In this document: positions 11,973 to 21,936 of the stretch, piece after piece
Numbering within the stretch: position 1 is the first letter of the stretch
How the letters are laid out: every line of letters begins with the position of its first letter
Assembly: GCA_963765145.1 (NCBI GenBank)
Contig: CAVXVG010000027.1
Span: 192,001-256,000 of the forward strand
DNA: 64,000 nucleotides
DNA from: Parachlamydiales bacterium
Lineage (GTDB): Bacteria > Chlamydiota > Chlamydiia > Chlamydiales > JAJFMK01
Direction of reading: 5' to 3'
The notes under the pieces: model-generated
Database searches by the model: none
Seen by the model: the letters and a program-made list of their open reading frames with translations, nothing else
Told to the model about the DNA's origin: nothing
Program-made: the position numbers and the translations under genes

Positions 11973-12808
11973 TCTTTTTCATGCCCCTCTCTATTTGGGG
12001 GTATGAATTTGAGTTGGCCTGCGTGTTGCTTTTCCAAAACGAAGCGCAGCATCTAAAAGAGTGGATCGAGTACCACCGATTGATGGGTGTTGAACATTTT
12101 TTTTTGTATAACAACCTAAGTGAAGACAACTATTTAGAGATCCTTGAACCCTACATTGAAAGAGGAGAAATAGAACTTTTTCAAGTTCCAGACCGAACAT
12201 TGAATCAACCCGATAACTTAAGGGTCCAGTGTAGGGTCTATAATGAAGCATTAAAGGCAGCACGTGGACGGGCTAAATGGGTTGCGTTCATCGATGGAGA
12301 TGAATATCTCGTTCCGCTCGAGCACGATAACCTGACCTGTTTTCTAGAAGAATATGAAGATTTTGGAGGGGTACACGCTAGTTGGCTGGTTTTTGGAACT
12401 TCGAACGTACAAAAAATACCAACAGATCGCCTTCGGATAGAAACATTGGTTCATTGCGATGCGACCCCTGCAAAATTAGGAAAAAGCATTGTGAGGCCGG
12501 AGCGGGTAAAAAGATGTACAGACCCTCATGTATTTCTCTATATGCCCACCTACTTCCACGTGAATACCAATTTTACACGCTTTGGCTGGGAGTCGATCCC
12601 TACAATGGAAAGATTGCTTGTTTTTCACTATTACACAGGCGATCTCGACCATTTTATCAACATCAAATACCCACGCAGAAAGCTGTGGTATACCCATCTG
12701 AACTTAGATACCTATTTAAGAGAGATTGAGAGGTATAATCAGAAGCACAATCCTACCATGCTGCAATACGTCGAGCAGGTGAAATATATGATGAATCCCC
12801 ATGGATAA
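11918..12808 (+). CDS. Glycosyltransferase, GT92/GT2-like, with N-terminal hydrophobic segment
   Basis: FQNEA.HLKEWIEYH...GVEHFFLYNNLSED and WVAFIDGDEY (DxD); AGGAG before ATG 11918; overlaps the autotransporter end by 55 bp. Confidence 0.85.
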   Translation: MEQGFNLFRYLRVYSLLVIFFMPLSIWGYEFELACVLLFQNEAQHLKEWIEYHRLMGVEHFFLYNNLSEDNYLEILEPYIERGEIELFQVPDRTLNQPDNLRVQCRVYNEALKAARGRAKWVAFIDGDEYLVPLEHDNLTCFLEEYEDFGGVHASWLVFGTSNVQKIPTDRLRIETLVHCDATPAKLGKSIVRPERVKRCTDPHVFLYMPTYFHVNTNFTRFGWESIPTMERLLVFHYYTGDLDHFINIKYPRRKLWYTHLNLDTYLREIERYNQKHNPTMLQYVEQVKYMMNPHG

Positions 12809-13082
12809 AAAAACCACTGAGACACTGAGATCACAGAGGAAATATGAGAGCATTGAGAGCCATTCTTTTGGTGAAAAATCCAATTAAAACAACATCTAGA
12901 AATCATGCCGCTCATGCGAAGCACATTTTTCTTTGTGTCTTTGTGTTTCTATTATTTTTAAAATAAATTAAACACAAAGACGCAAAGACACAAAGGAATG
13001 GCTCTCATTTTTTTTACTAAAGAGTCGCTCTCAAGGTCCTCATATTTCCTCTGTGATCTCAGTGTCTCAGTGGTTTTTTTTC
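12807..13082. repeat. Palindromic element family A with inner CACAAAGA hairpin
   Basis: CCACTGAGACACTGAGATCACAGAGGAAATATGAG arm and its reverse complement; lies between convergent genes. Confidence 0.93.
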
Positions 13083-13094
13083 ATCCGTAGGGGA

Positions 13095-14342
13095 TTAGAT
13101 CTTTATGGTCAACAACCCATCCCAAGAAGTGGTGAATTCGGCGGAGGTGTGCTCGCGCTTCATCTTCCAGTCCTGCTTTCCTTTAACCCCTTCTGATAAG
13201 AAAAAAAGGGCATTTTTGTCTTTCCCCCTAACCCTGTCTAATAGGTCCATCAGTTTTCCTTCTTTTTCTCTCCGATCTTGAGAAACGAAAAAATCTCCTT
13301 GGCAAGCTTGCCGGTTGGTCAATTGTCCAAGAAATACACCACATTTCTTATAGGGAACGTTAGAAAAGAAAAGGGGCTTTGCGATCGCTTTGGCCTTTTC
13401 AACCAATGTGGGAGTAAAGTCGGTCGGCACTGCAAAGTGGGCAGACCCTACCCTAGAATACTTAGCAAGCTCCGGATGAAACCGATTCGTCAATAAAAAA
13501 ACCTGTAAATAACTGGCCTCTGAGCCTTGTTCACGGATGCTTTCAGCTGCCCTTGAAGCATGCAAAGCAATGGCCTCGCCCATCTCTTCCCAACTTGTCA
13601 CCTCTTTCCCAAACGACCTAGAAGATAATACCCCCTTTTTAGGCTCTGGGCTTTCGTCAAGCAGAAGAGCTTGTTCCCCTCGCAATTCAAGTGCCGTTCT
13701 CAGTCCAAAAACCCCCAATTCTCGCCGTATCAACGTGTCGTCGAGTCCTCTGAATTGAAGGGCGGTTGAAACGCCAAGCGCTCGCAGCCTTTTTCCTATC
13801 TTTCTTCCGATCCCCCAAATCTCTTCGACTGCAAGGTCCTTTAATACGGATTCTGTCTTGTGATCTTCTAGCATATAGACACCCTCTCGAGTCTCTTTTG
13901 CCAGGTGAGAGGCTACTTTGGCTAAAGTTTTTGTCGAAGCCATCCCTATCGAAAGGGGAATGGCTGTCCACTTTAAAACCTTTTTCCGCAGTTCAACAGC
14001 CTCTTCTATCCGATCCAAGGCTAGAAACGCCTCGTCAATCGAATACATTTCTACATGATCTGATCCTTGAGACAACAGCTCCATGACTCGAGAGGAGATG
14101 TCTGCGTAAAGGGCAAAATTGGAAGAGCAAACAATAACACGGTGCCTTTTTAGCTCTTCTTTGCATTTAAAATAGGGCAGACCCATCGGGATCCCAAGTT
14201 TTTTTGCCTCTTTTGATCTGGCCACAATGCAACCATCATTGCTCGATAGAACAACGACCGGTCTATTCCATAATTCGGGACGAAAAACCCGTTCGCAGGA
14301 AACAAAAAAACTGTTGCAATCGGCCAGTGCTATTTTCCCCAT
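13095..14342 (-). CDS. umuC: Y-family DNA polymerase (Pol V catalytic subunit)
   Basis: [33 protein letters not shown]-terminal W.MKRE..S..FTTSW; start set at MGKIAL. Confidence 0.93.
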   Translation of the reverse strand: MGKIALADCNSFFVSCERVFRPELWNRPVVVLSSNDGCIVARSKEAKKLGIPMGLPYFKCKEELKRHRVIVCSSNFALYADISSRVMELLSQGSDHVEMYSIDEAFLALDRIEEAVELRKKVLKWTAIPLSIGMASTKTLAKVASHLAKETREGVYMLEDHKTESVLKDLAVEEIWGIGRKIGKRLRALGVSTALQFRGLDDTLIRRELGVFGLRTALELRGEQALLLDESPEPKKGVLSSRSFGKEVTSWEEMGEAIALHASRAAESIREQGSEASYLQVFLLTNRFHPELAKYSRVGSAHFAVPTDFTPTLVEKAKAIAKPLFFSNVPYKKCGVFLGQLTNRQACQGDFFVSQDRREKEGKLMDLLDRVRGKDKNALFFLSEGVKGKQDWKMKREHTSAEFTTSWDGLLTIKI

Positions 14343-14446
14343 GTCTTCTATTATCAGAGAAAAAGCCATTTTGTGTAGGGATCCTCTTGTTTTTTATGCA
14401 ACAAATCGTCAAAAAGAGGTTAATTACATCTGTTTGGAATTTAAGA

Positions 14447-15058
14447 ATGAAAAATTTACTAGCAAAATTTCTGTTGTTATTGGCCCTTTATGTGCCCCTT
14501 GAAGCCTGCAATGGCGATGCTTGGCTAGAAGCACGAGCGGCCTATATCCACCCAACCGGCGGCCGTTTTAACAAGATCTATAACGATAACGGTTCTTACG
14601 GTGGTAAATTGACCGTTTCTGTTTGGGATGATTTACAAGGTTGGCTTTCTGTTGATGGTTATTCTCTGAAAGGAAAATCGATCGGCCTTAGCACTGGAAC
14701 AGATCTAGATTGCGTCCCATTAGGACTTGGGCTGCAATACATGTTTCCTTGTTGGCCCCTTTGCAATACCGACCTATATGTTGGAGCAGGAGTCGATTGT
14801 TCGTTTTTCTCCATCCATGATAACGGCCCCTATGTCATCGAAAAAATCAACCACACAGCATGGGGAGCTCGATTTCTTGGTGGCGCCATCATCAACTGCA
14901 CAGAAAGTTTTTTCTTCGATATTTTCGTTGAATATACCTTAAGCCGCATAGACTATAACCACGGTTTTGTTGACGGGGTCTATACCTCCTCAGCAGACGT
15001 CAGCCACATCAACGCCGGCGTAGGTGTAGGATATAAATTCAACCTCGGCTGCTGGTAA
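14447..15058 (+). CDS. Small outer-membrane beta-barrel protein (OmpW/OmpA-barrel-like)
   Basis: Signal peptide MKNLLAKFLLLLALYVPLEA, alternating amphipathic strands, near-terminal GVGVGYKF. Confidence 0.75.
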   Translation: MKNLLAKFLLLLALYVPLEACNGDAWLEARAAYIHPTGGRFNKIYNDNGSYGGKLTVSVWDDLQGWLSVDGYSLKGKSIGLSTGTDLDCVPLGLGLQYMFPCWPLCNTDLYVGAGVDCSFFSIHDNGPYVIEKINHTAWGARFLGGAIINCTESFFFDIFVEYTLSRIDYNHGFVDGVYTSSADVSHINAGVGVGYKFNLGCW

Positions 15059-15060
15059 CA

Positions 15061-15166
15061 GGAGCGGGCTGCAAAGGCGAAATAGTTAGAAAGTGCCCAA
15101 TCGGTGTATGACAGCCAATATACTACCGATTGGGCACTTTCGTCCTATTTCATCCTTTTCGCTCCG
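15061..15166. repeat. Imperfect palindrome, possibly terminator-acting
   Basis: GAAAGTGCCCAATCGGT / ACCGATTGGGCACTTTC 17-bp perfect core with GAAATAG/CTATTTC extension, directly after a stop codon. Confidence 0.75.
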
Positions 15167-15332
15167 CCCTTTAAATCGAAGCGTTTAGAGTGCGAAACGG
15201 CGTTGTTGCATAATTAAGCTTAATTTGGACAAATATTGTAGCTTAGACTTTAGTCTGAGCTTGTTTTTGCAGGTTTTAACCTGCAATCAACCTCACACGG
15301 GTTAAAACCCGTGAAAACGAACTCAGGCTAAA

Positions 15333-16791
15333 GAGCCACTTGCAAAAATCGGTAAAGAGTCGGCTTATTCTGAAAAATTAGCGAAAAAAAAGAAATCAAA
15401 TGGCTTCTAGGTGTATCCTATAGGTATCTAACATCCATATTATACAGGGAAAGAAGCCATTATGAAGATAAAGTTTGCCCAGTATTGGGAAAGAATTCAA
15501 GGCTCTCTTTTTCCTTGGCTTGAAGAAGAGCTCCCCCCGCTTACCAAGCTCCAACAAAAACTAGTTGCTATACTCGAAGTCATTCAGATTGAAGAGTTCA
15601 TCCCGTCAACATTGCACGACTGTCGAGGGCGCCCAGAAAAATGCCGCAGGGCGATTATTCGCTCATTTATCGCTAAATCGACCTACAATATTCCTACGAC
15701 TAGAAATTTGATAGATAGGTTGCAGTCGGATATTTCCCTAAGACGGATTTGTGGTTGGGAAACAAGAAGAGAAATACCTAGTGAATCTGTTTTTAGTAGA
15801 GCATTCAATGAATTTGCAAAAACCAAGTTACTTCATAGAGTGCACGAAAATTTGATCACCTCTTCCTATGCTGGAGAAATGGTGGGGCATGTAATAACAG
15901 ATTCTACAGCGATAGAAGCAAGGGAAAAAGTCGCCAAAAAGAAACAGAAGGAAAAGCCAGTTATAGTATTGCCTGAAGGGAAAAAGAGGCGCCCAAGAGG
16001 TTACGAAAGAGAACCTACTCGTCTTCAGAAACAACTAAAAGGCTTGCTTTCGCTAGAAGAGATGATTGCTGATTTACCTTCAGTATGTGATGTGGGAGCA
16101 AAAACAAACTCCAAAGGACATCTGCAATGGTGGCGTGGGTATAAACTTCACATAACAGCATCAGACAACGAAATCCCCTTAGCTGCACTGGTAACTTCTG
16201 CCTCAGTAAATGACAGCCAAGTAGCAATTCCGTTAGCAAAGATTACCAAAAAACGCGTTGATAATCTTTATGATGTAATGGACGGTGGGTATGCCTGTGA
16301 CGATGTTGTAGCGCACAGCAGATTTCTAGGACACGTTCCAATCATTGATTGGCCGGCAAAAGGCCACCCTGAGAACAAAGAAATTAAAGAGGCTGAAAAC
16401 TTGGCTTGTAAGACCATCAATCTACATTCTGCTGAAAAAAAGAGGTTTGAAATCCGTACTTCTGTTGAGAGGGTTTTTTCGAGACTGAAAGATGAATTTG
16501 GTGCGAGGTTTGTCAGAGTTAGAGGAGCGAGCAAAGTGCTTACGCATCTGATGTTTGGGGTCATAGCCTTGACAGCAGACCAACTACTCAAGATACCCCT
16601 CTTATAACTGCAAATCGAAAACGAAAGAACAAGCTAGGATGATAAGGCTACCTGCTGTGCAAAAAAGGCGATTTTTTCAACAGTTCTCCCTGAAATAAGC
16701 AAAAAAACACCAAGTCTGCTTTAAAACAGCGAACTTGGTGTTGCGTTGCCCTTTGCCGAGCAAAAAATCACAGGATTTTTGCAAGTGCCTC
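15333..16791 (+). mobile_element. Complete insertion sequence, IS5/IS1182-like DDE type, 1459 bp
   Basis: 18-bp TIR GAGCCACTTGCAAAAATC / GATTTTTGCAAGTGCCTC (17/18); 4-bp TSD TAAA at 15329-15332 and 16792-16795. Confidence 0.92.
15462..16607 (+). CDS. DDE transposase (IS5/IS1182-like)
   Basis: DSTAIEARE, WRGYKLH, SVNDSQ, MDGGY, RTSVERVFSRLK motifs. Confidence 0.92.
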   Translation: MKIKFAQYWERIQGSLFPWLEEELPPLTKLQQKLVAILEVIQIEEFIPSTLHDCRGRPEKCRRAIIRSFIAKSTYNIPTTRNLIDRLQSDISLRRICGWETRREIPSESVFSRAFNEFAKTKLLHRVHENLITSSYAGEMVGHVITDSTAIEAREKVAKKKQKEKPVIVLPEGKKRRPRGYEREPTRLQKQLKGLLSLEEMIADLPSVCDVGAKTNSKGHLQWWRGYKLHITASDNEIPLAALVTSASVNDSQVAIPLAKITKKRVDNLYDVMDGGYACDDVVAHSRFLGHVPIIDWPAKGHPENKEIKEAENLACKTINLHSAEKKRFEIRTSVERVFSRLKDEFGARFVRVRGASKVLTHLMFGVIALTADQLLKIPLL

Positions 16792-16971
16792 TAAAGCCTA
16801 AGCTACATTTTTTAATTAGAAATTGAATTATGCAACAAGGCCGTGCGAAACTCTCGGTTTGCTTTCACTTTCAACGATAAGTCAAACCTAAACGCTTCGC
16901 GTAATACGACTATTTTCTTTGGAAAAATAAGCAGCACCTTGTAAGGTAAAATTTTTAGGAGAAATTTTTCG

Positions 16972-19284
16972 ATGTCGACACTTTTTAAGTTATGTTCTTG
17001 GCTTTTAGCAACCGCTTGCAGCACTTCGCTTGGCGCCGTTTGCACCGGAGAATGGGATGGAGGTGGGATTCCTGACGATAACTGGAGTGTGCCAGGCAAC
17101 TGGTCAACCGGCTGTTCGCCTCAAGCCGATGGCGATTCTGCAAGCTTTGGCCTGACTGGACCTACTGTGGTGAACCTAGATATTCCTGTTACCCTTACAA
17201 ACCTTACTTTCGAAAACCCCTCGCAAGACTATACGATCAATGATACCGGGCCTAGCATGTTGATGCAGAGTTTTGGCGGTGTTAATCCCACGATGAATGT
17301 GGATAGCGGCAATCAAACGTTTGATCAGCTCGTTTCAATTGCTGCTGGCGATACATTGTTTCTGAACGTGGACGGAACGCTTGACTTTAACACTAACTTT
17401 GGAACTGGGCTGGGAAATTTGACGATTGGAGGAACTGGCGTCATCAACACCAATGCTTTTATTCTTGTACAGAATTTAGTTCAGAATGGGGCGACAATAA
17501 ACAATAACGAGTTTGTTTCAGTAGTCTCAATCTTTATGAATGGGGGTGTTGTAAATAACCTTGGTAGTTATTCTTCTCAAGAAGCGTTAGTTGTTAATGG
17601 GGGGATTATAAATAACCAAGCAACTATTGGGTCTGATTCAGAGCTGATTGTGAATGGAGGGGTTATAAATAGTCTGGCATCGGGATTTGTGAATCCTACT
17701 GGAGGGCTAACTATGAATGGAGGGGCTTTCAACAACGCTGGCTTTATAGAGATTGCTCCGATCGTCGTTAATGGTGGAACATTCATTAATCAATTCGGAG
17801 GTACCATTGAGGATATACCCTCTGTTATGGTCAACGGCGGCACAGTCATTAATCAAGCGGGCGGTCTTTTTGCTAGTGCAGGCTCCTTTACGATCAACGG
17901 CGGCCTCCTCCAAAATGATGGCTTGGTAAGTGCCCCCTCTGCGACGGTTAATAGCCCGGGAGTAGTTACTGGAACGGGTGAATTTTTTGTAACGTTTACC
18001 AATAATGGAACGGTCATTCCGGGAGACTCAGGAGCTCTTCCAGGCACCCTACTTTTTGATGGGGGATATATACAAACTGCCGCCGGCGATCTTGTCATCA
18101 ACGTTTTAAATTCAACAACGTATGGTTCAATTAGTAGCGATTTTGGCGATACCCTTGATGGGACGTTGACCGTCGCCCCTTCTCCCGGATTTTCCGGGTC
18201 GGTTATCGGAGCCCCCTTGACTATTGTCTCAAATCAGGGAGGGACTGTATCAGGCACCTTTTCGAATATTGTCGATCTTTTCCCTACCTTAAGGGCAGAG
18301 GTAACCTACTTCCCTGATACTGTTGTGCTGGAATTGTTCCCCATTCTTAGTTCCTTTATATCACTCAAAGAGGTCGCCTTTTCAACGATCAATCAGGTCA
18401 ATCTTTTGTTAACCAATCATATGGACCGGATGGTTGACCCTTGCTGCTGCCCAGAATATTGTATGCAGTTTTATATCGATCCTCTTGGGTCGACAGGGAA
18501 AGTCCATTCCAGAAACAACATATCGGGCTACCGCTTTAATACAGGAGGCGTGTTGGTCGGCTTAGACGCGTTCTTAAGTGAAGGGGGCGTTGGAGTGGCC
18601 TTTGACTACGAAAGAATCTATTCAAGGGGTTTCAACGACTTTGGCAGCTTTGCCTCTAACAGATATCATTTTAGTGGATATGGAACTTATCTTATCGACT
18701 CCTGTCTTCAACTGGATGCGATCGTCGGTGCCGGCTGGGAAAGCAACCGTTTGAATAGATCAACAGGCCTTTTCGGGAATGAGTTGACAAAAGGAAATCC
18801 GGGTGGCGATTCTTTCGATGCCTTCTTAGGCGCTGAGTACTTCGTTAATTTTTGCGGTATGAATTTCATCCCTCTGGCTGGTTTGCAGTACATTTATTAC
18901 AGAATCCATCAATTCGAAGAAGATGGTGTCGATCTTTTCAATTTTGCATATGAAGCTCAACACTACGACTCTTTACGGCCGTTCCTTGGGTTTAAATTCA
19001 ACTGTCCTTTCAATATCGGTTGTTTTCAGATCGTTCCTCAAATCAATGCTGCATGGCAATATGAATGCCTGGACCGAAGCAAAACACTTGTTGCTACAAA
19101 CACTGAATTTTTTGGTCTCACAACTCCCTTCGTCATTCCAAGAGGGGGGCAAAATATTGTGCTAGCAGGAGCTGATGTAGCCGTTCTCTATGACGGGTAC
19201 ACTTTAGACTTAAGCTATGAGTACGAGGGCAACAAGCGGTATTATAACCACTTCTTCTACCTCGAACTCGCCGCCGCCTTTTAA
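16972..19284 (+). CDS. Autotransporter with NGG-repeat passenger
   Basis: Signal peptide, WDGGG..DDNWS..GNW N-terminal motif, many VNGG repeats, C-terminal barrel ending in F. Confidence 0.85.
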   Translation: MSTLFKLCSWLLATACSTSLGAVCTGEWDGGGIPDDNWSVPGNWSTGCSPQADGDSASFGLTGPTVVNLDIPVTLTNLTFENPSQDYTINDTGPSMLMQSFGGVNPTMNVDSGNQTFDQLVSIAAGDTLFLNVDGTLDFNTNFGTGLGNLTIGGTGVINTNAFILVQNLVQNGATINNNEFVSVVSIFMNGGVVNNLGSYSSQEALVVNGGIINNQATIGSDSELIVNGGVINSLASGFVNPTGGLTMNGGAFNNAGFIEIAPIVVNGGTFINQFGGTIEDIPSVMVNGGTVINQAGGLFASAGSFTINGGLLQNDGLVSAPSATVNSPGVVTGTGEFFVTFTNNGTVIPGDSGALPGTLLFDGGYIQTAAGDLVINVLNSTTYGSISSDFGDTLDGTLTVAPSPGFSGSVIGAPLTIVSNQGGTVSGTFSNIVDLFPTLRAEVTYFPDTVVLELFPILSSFISLKEVAFSTINQVNLLLTNHMDRMVDPCCCPEYCMQFYIDPLGSTGKVHSRNNISGYRFNTGGVLVGLDAFLSEGGVGVAFDYERIYSRGFNDFGSFASNRYHFSGYGTYLIDSCLQLDAIVGAGWESNRLNRSTGLFGNELTKGNPGGDSFDAFLGAEYFVNFCGMNFIPLAGLQYIYYRIHQFEEDGVDLFNFAYEAQHYDSLRPFLGFKFNCPFNIGCFQIVPQINAAWQYECLDRSKTLVATNTEFFGLTTPFVIPRGGQNIVLAGADVAVLYDGYTLDLSYEYEGNKRYYNHFFYLELAAAF

Positions 19285-19335
19285 AAGGGGTGGGTGCTTG
19301 AGGGCGCCCAATTAGATTTCAACCTTCGGGTGTGT

Positions 19336-19441
19336 CTAGTCCGCGTTAGCGTTTGGAGTGCGAAACTCCTGTTTCGCTTTCACTTTCAAAAAGCCAAAGC
19401 GCAGCAGGAGCTCGAGCACTCCAAACGTTAGCGAGGACTAG
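19336..19441. repeat. Family B palindrome
   Basis: GCGTTTGGAGTGCGAAACTCCTG ... CAGGAGCTCGAGCACTCCAAACG between convergent genes. Confidence 0.9.
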
Positions 19442-20967
19442 CTGGCAGCTAGTTCTGAATCGATGGAAAAGCTAGAAAATTTGAATTTACCATGCTCTTT
19501 AACATCCTCTGGTTTATTCATAACCACGGTGAATTTTCCTACAATGACGACTCCATCTTTTTGTACGGTCGTTGTTGCGCCGTCAGCTTCTTGCATAAGG
19601 CTTAAGGGACAGCTTACTTCGACATCCACACTTTCAATTTTACCTTCTGCATTTCTATTGATGGTAATGTGACTGATGTTTTTTTCCTGACGTGCTGACA
19701 TCCCTTGCTTTCCAACGGCTTCGTTGATTAACGATTGTTCTCCCAGCATCATCCCATTGATAGCTGTTTGAGTTCCTAAGTAGAGGAGAGCTGACTCCCA
19801 ATCTGGGTCAGACTTAGCAATTTCGGCCATATCCTTTGTCTGACCAACCTCTTTTCCTTTCTCGTAGATATGAGCATCTACTCGATCTGCATCTGATGCA
19901 TTCTGAGCTCGTGCGTTTTCCAAAGGGTTATAGTTTGGATCGCTTTCCAAAGGTTCATCATTAAGATATCCCATGAGGGCTCCTTCACCTGCTTTATGAA
20001 ACTGAGTCCTTCGTTCGACGATCTCAGGATTCGTTCTCATTTCAGAAAATTCGTGTTTAAAAAGATGGAGTTGAAGATCTTTTAAGTCAGGGAATGCAGG
20101 AAGAACGTTATTCAACACATCCTCAGAATTTTTCATCAGTAACACCAGGTGGTCATAAGGAGGGGTGTCTTTCCCCTTCAGTAAAGCAGGAATAAATGAA
20201 CCGATTAAAGCGCTTGAGTTAGGTTTAAACGAGATGATCAATTCCAGAGCGGCTTTGGGATCTGGGTTGTCGGTCAGCAATATTTCCAACGTAGCTGGGG
20301 TTAAGATATTTTGTGCAATTTCCAAGTGCCCCGCTTCAACTTTGTTTTTACGGATAAGTGATTCTTCGACCCGCTGCCGAAGCGGTTCTAGTTCCTCTGG
20401 AGGTTTGCCAAGTTCTTTTGCTAAGGCATAGCTGTCTACAAGATTTTCAACAGAGGCAGCTGGATCAAAGGGAATTTTAGTCTCTAATTGTCTTTTTAAA
20501 GGCTCCAAATTTCTGGACTTCATCTTGGTTCTAGTGGCTTGCTGAAGGATTTCTCGGCCAACTCCCGGTGAAAGCCCTTCAGGAAGCTCTCCGGTTTCTC
20601 TAAAAGCATCTAAATGCTTAAGCGCCTCTTGCGAAGTAGGCGAGCCCATTTTTACAAGGATTCGATTACAAGCTTTTTGAAAGGATTTACTCACGGCGCC
20701 TTTGACCTGTTCCGTAGAGGCAGCAACGGTTTTACCAATTTCTTTAGCAGATGAGACGAATTCCTGCTTATTGAAGATCCGATTATAGAGCTTTGAAACA
20801 AATCCACCGCTTTCCTTGCTTGTTTGATCTGTAAAAGAGGGTTCAGCAGTTGCTGCCTCTGCAGTTGAAGCTGTTTCTTTTAATGGACGTTGCTGTTGCA
20901 GAGTCTGAAGCTCAGAAATAGAATATGTTTGACCCAGAGTGAGTCCGGAGTCATGGACAGACGCCAT
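19438..20967 (-). CDS. Hypothetical protein, candidate secreted effector
   Basis: Long ORF; GAGG RBS before MASVHDSG; S/T-rich disordered N-terminus; no recognised family. Confidence 0.75.
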   Translation of the reverse strand: MASVHDSGLTLGQTYSISELQTLQQQRPLKETASTAEAATAEPSFTDQTSKESGGFVSKLYNRIFNKQEFVSSAKEIGKTVAASTEQVKGAVSKSFQKACNRILVKMGSPTSQEALKHLDAFRETGELPEGLSPGVGREILQQATRTKMKSRNLEPLKRQLETKIPFDPAASVENLVDSYALAKELGKPPEELEPLRQRVEESLIRKNKVEAGHLEIAQNILTPATLEILLTDNPDPKAALELIISFKPNSSALIGSFIPALLKGKDTPPYDHLVLLMKNSEDVLNNVLPAFPDLKDLQLHLFKHEFSEMRTNPEIVERRTQFHKAGEGALMGYLNDEPLESDPNYNPLENARAQNASDADRVDAHIYEKGKEVGQTKDMAEIAKSDPDWESALLYLGTQTAINGMMLGEQSLINEAVGKQGMSARQEKNISHITINRNAEGKIESVDVEVSCPLSLMQEADGATTTVQKDGVVIVGKFTVVMNKPEDVKEHGKFKFSSFSIDSELAAS

Positions 20968-21052
20968 AAAAAACAAACCTCTTATTTGTTTTCATTCTAC
21001 CACTCATTTATTAAACAAAACCCCTGACTTATTAACCCATTCTTAATAATAG

Positions 21053-21196
21053 GCGAAGCGTTTGGAGTGCGGAAGAGCGTTGTTACATAATTATTCGCTG
21101 GATAAAAATAAACACCCTTCGGGCGTTGTTTGTAGAGCGTCGTGTCTGGAATTTTAATTATGCAATAAGGCCGTTTCGCACTCCAAACGCTTCGCG
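21053..21196. repeat. Family B palindrome whose centre is a family D MITE (about 21076-21172)
   Basis: GCGAAGCGTTTGGAGTGCG / CGCACTCCAAACGCTTCGC arms enclose GCGTTGTTACATAATT ... AATTATGCAATAAGGCC. Confidence 0.88.
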
Positions 21197-21217
21197 TATT
21201 GGGTAAAAACCTGACGG

Positions 21218-21373
21218 ACAGTCTCTTATATTTAACGCATCATCTGGATTTTTAGGGCTCGCCGAAAATGGCTAGTTTGATGACCGTGTTAATGAACTGG
21301 TTACAGTGATTCTGAAAGGTCTTCAAAATGGCCGTTTGCAGGCAGCCCGTTAAAAAAAATCCAATTAAAGAGA
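21218..21373. repeat. Long imperfect palindrome
   Basis: TGGATTTTT-AGGGCT-CGCC-AAATGGC pairs imperfectly with GCCGTTT-GGC-AGCCC-AAAAATCCA. Confidence 0.55.
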
Positions 21374-21413
21374 GAAAAGGTTTTTTTACTGCCGAAGGTT
21401 GTATTCATCGTCT

Positions 21414-21538
21414 TGGGCGCCCTCAACGCTCGAAAGCGCCTCAGTTGAAAAAACGAAAACCTCAGGCTCTACTCCGTAGGCCAATGTCGATGTTTTATTC
21501 AAATGAGGCCTTTCGAGTGCTTGAGGTTCCAGCGCCCA
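21414..21538. repeat. Family E palindrome; related half copy at about 19295-19330
   Basis: TGGGCGCCCTCAACGCTCGAAAGCGCCTCAGTTGAA pairs with TTCAAATGAGGCCTTTCGAGTGCTTGAGG..GCGCCCA; GTGCTTGAGGGCGCCCAA recurs after 19284. Confidence 0.7.
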
Positions 21539-21549
21539 CTCCTTTTTCT

Positions 21550-21936
21550 CTACGCAACTTTATGAATAACAAATGTGACGACGCCCCAGATTTGGTAGTC
21601 GATGTTGCTGGTAAGATGAATGGGTGGATAGGCGGGATTAGAAGCCCGCAGAGTAATTTTCTCTTTTTCGATGTGAAGCCTTTTGACGGTGAATTCGCCA
21701 TTGATAACGGCGACGACAATTTTGCCTGAGAGGGGCTCAAGGGCCTTATCGACAACAAGAATATCGCCCGTTGTGATGTGGTCCCCGATCATCGAATCCC
21801 CTACCACCTTCACGAAGAAGGTGGCTGCAGGGTGTTTGATCATGAATTGATTAAGATCCAGCCGGTCGTGTGCATAGTCCTCGACAGGCGCTGCAAAGCC
21901 TGCCGGGACCGATTCAAACAGGGGAATCGAGCTCAT
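21550..21936 (-). CDS. umuD: UmuD / S24 autopeptidase subunit of Pol V
   Basis: VPAGF cleavage motif, LDLN..MIKHPAATFFVKVVGDSM, EFTVKRL, WGVVT; no LexA DNA-binding domain. Confidence 0.92.
   Translation of the reverse strand: MSSIPLFESVPAGFAAPVEDYAHDRLDLNQFMIKHPAATFFVKVVGDSMIGDHITTGDILVVDKALEPLSGKIVVAVINGEFTVKRLHIEKEKITLRASNPAYPPIHLTSNIDYQIWGVVTFVIHKVA

Larger units (their letters stand above)
15237..16807. repeat. Family C REP-like palindrome (TGTAGCTTAG arms) split by an IS
   Basis: Halves rejoin to resemble the intact copy at 27931-28043. Confidence 0.88.
15199..16842. mobile_element. MITE (family D) with IS903-like ends
   Basis: TIR GGCGTTGTTGCATAATT / AATTATGCAACAAGGCC (16/17); 9-bp direct repeat GTGCGAAAC at 15190-15198 and 16843-16851. 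Confidence 0.82.
15177..16901. repeat. Family B palindrome disrupted by nested insertions
   Basis: CGAAGCGTTTAGAGTGCGAAAC on the left; remainder ...GCTTTCACTTTCAACGATAAGTCAAA...TAAACGCTTCG on the right. Confidence 0.85.

Noticed and set aside
7002..19284. Calling the autotransporters classical Pmp proteins
   Set aside because: The repeated GGA(I/L/V) and FxxN motif pairs are not evident
21328..21729. 133-aa plus-strand ORF
   Set aside because: Antisense to umuD and spans palindrome E
21550..21936. LexA repressor call
   Set aside because: 128 aa with no N-terminal winged-helix domain; fits UmuD
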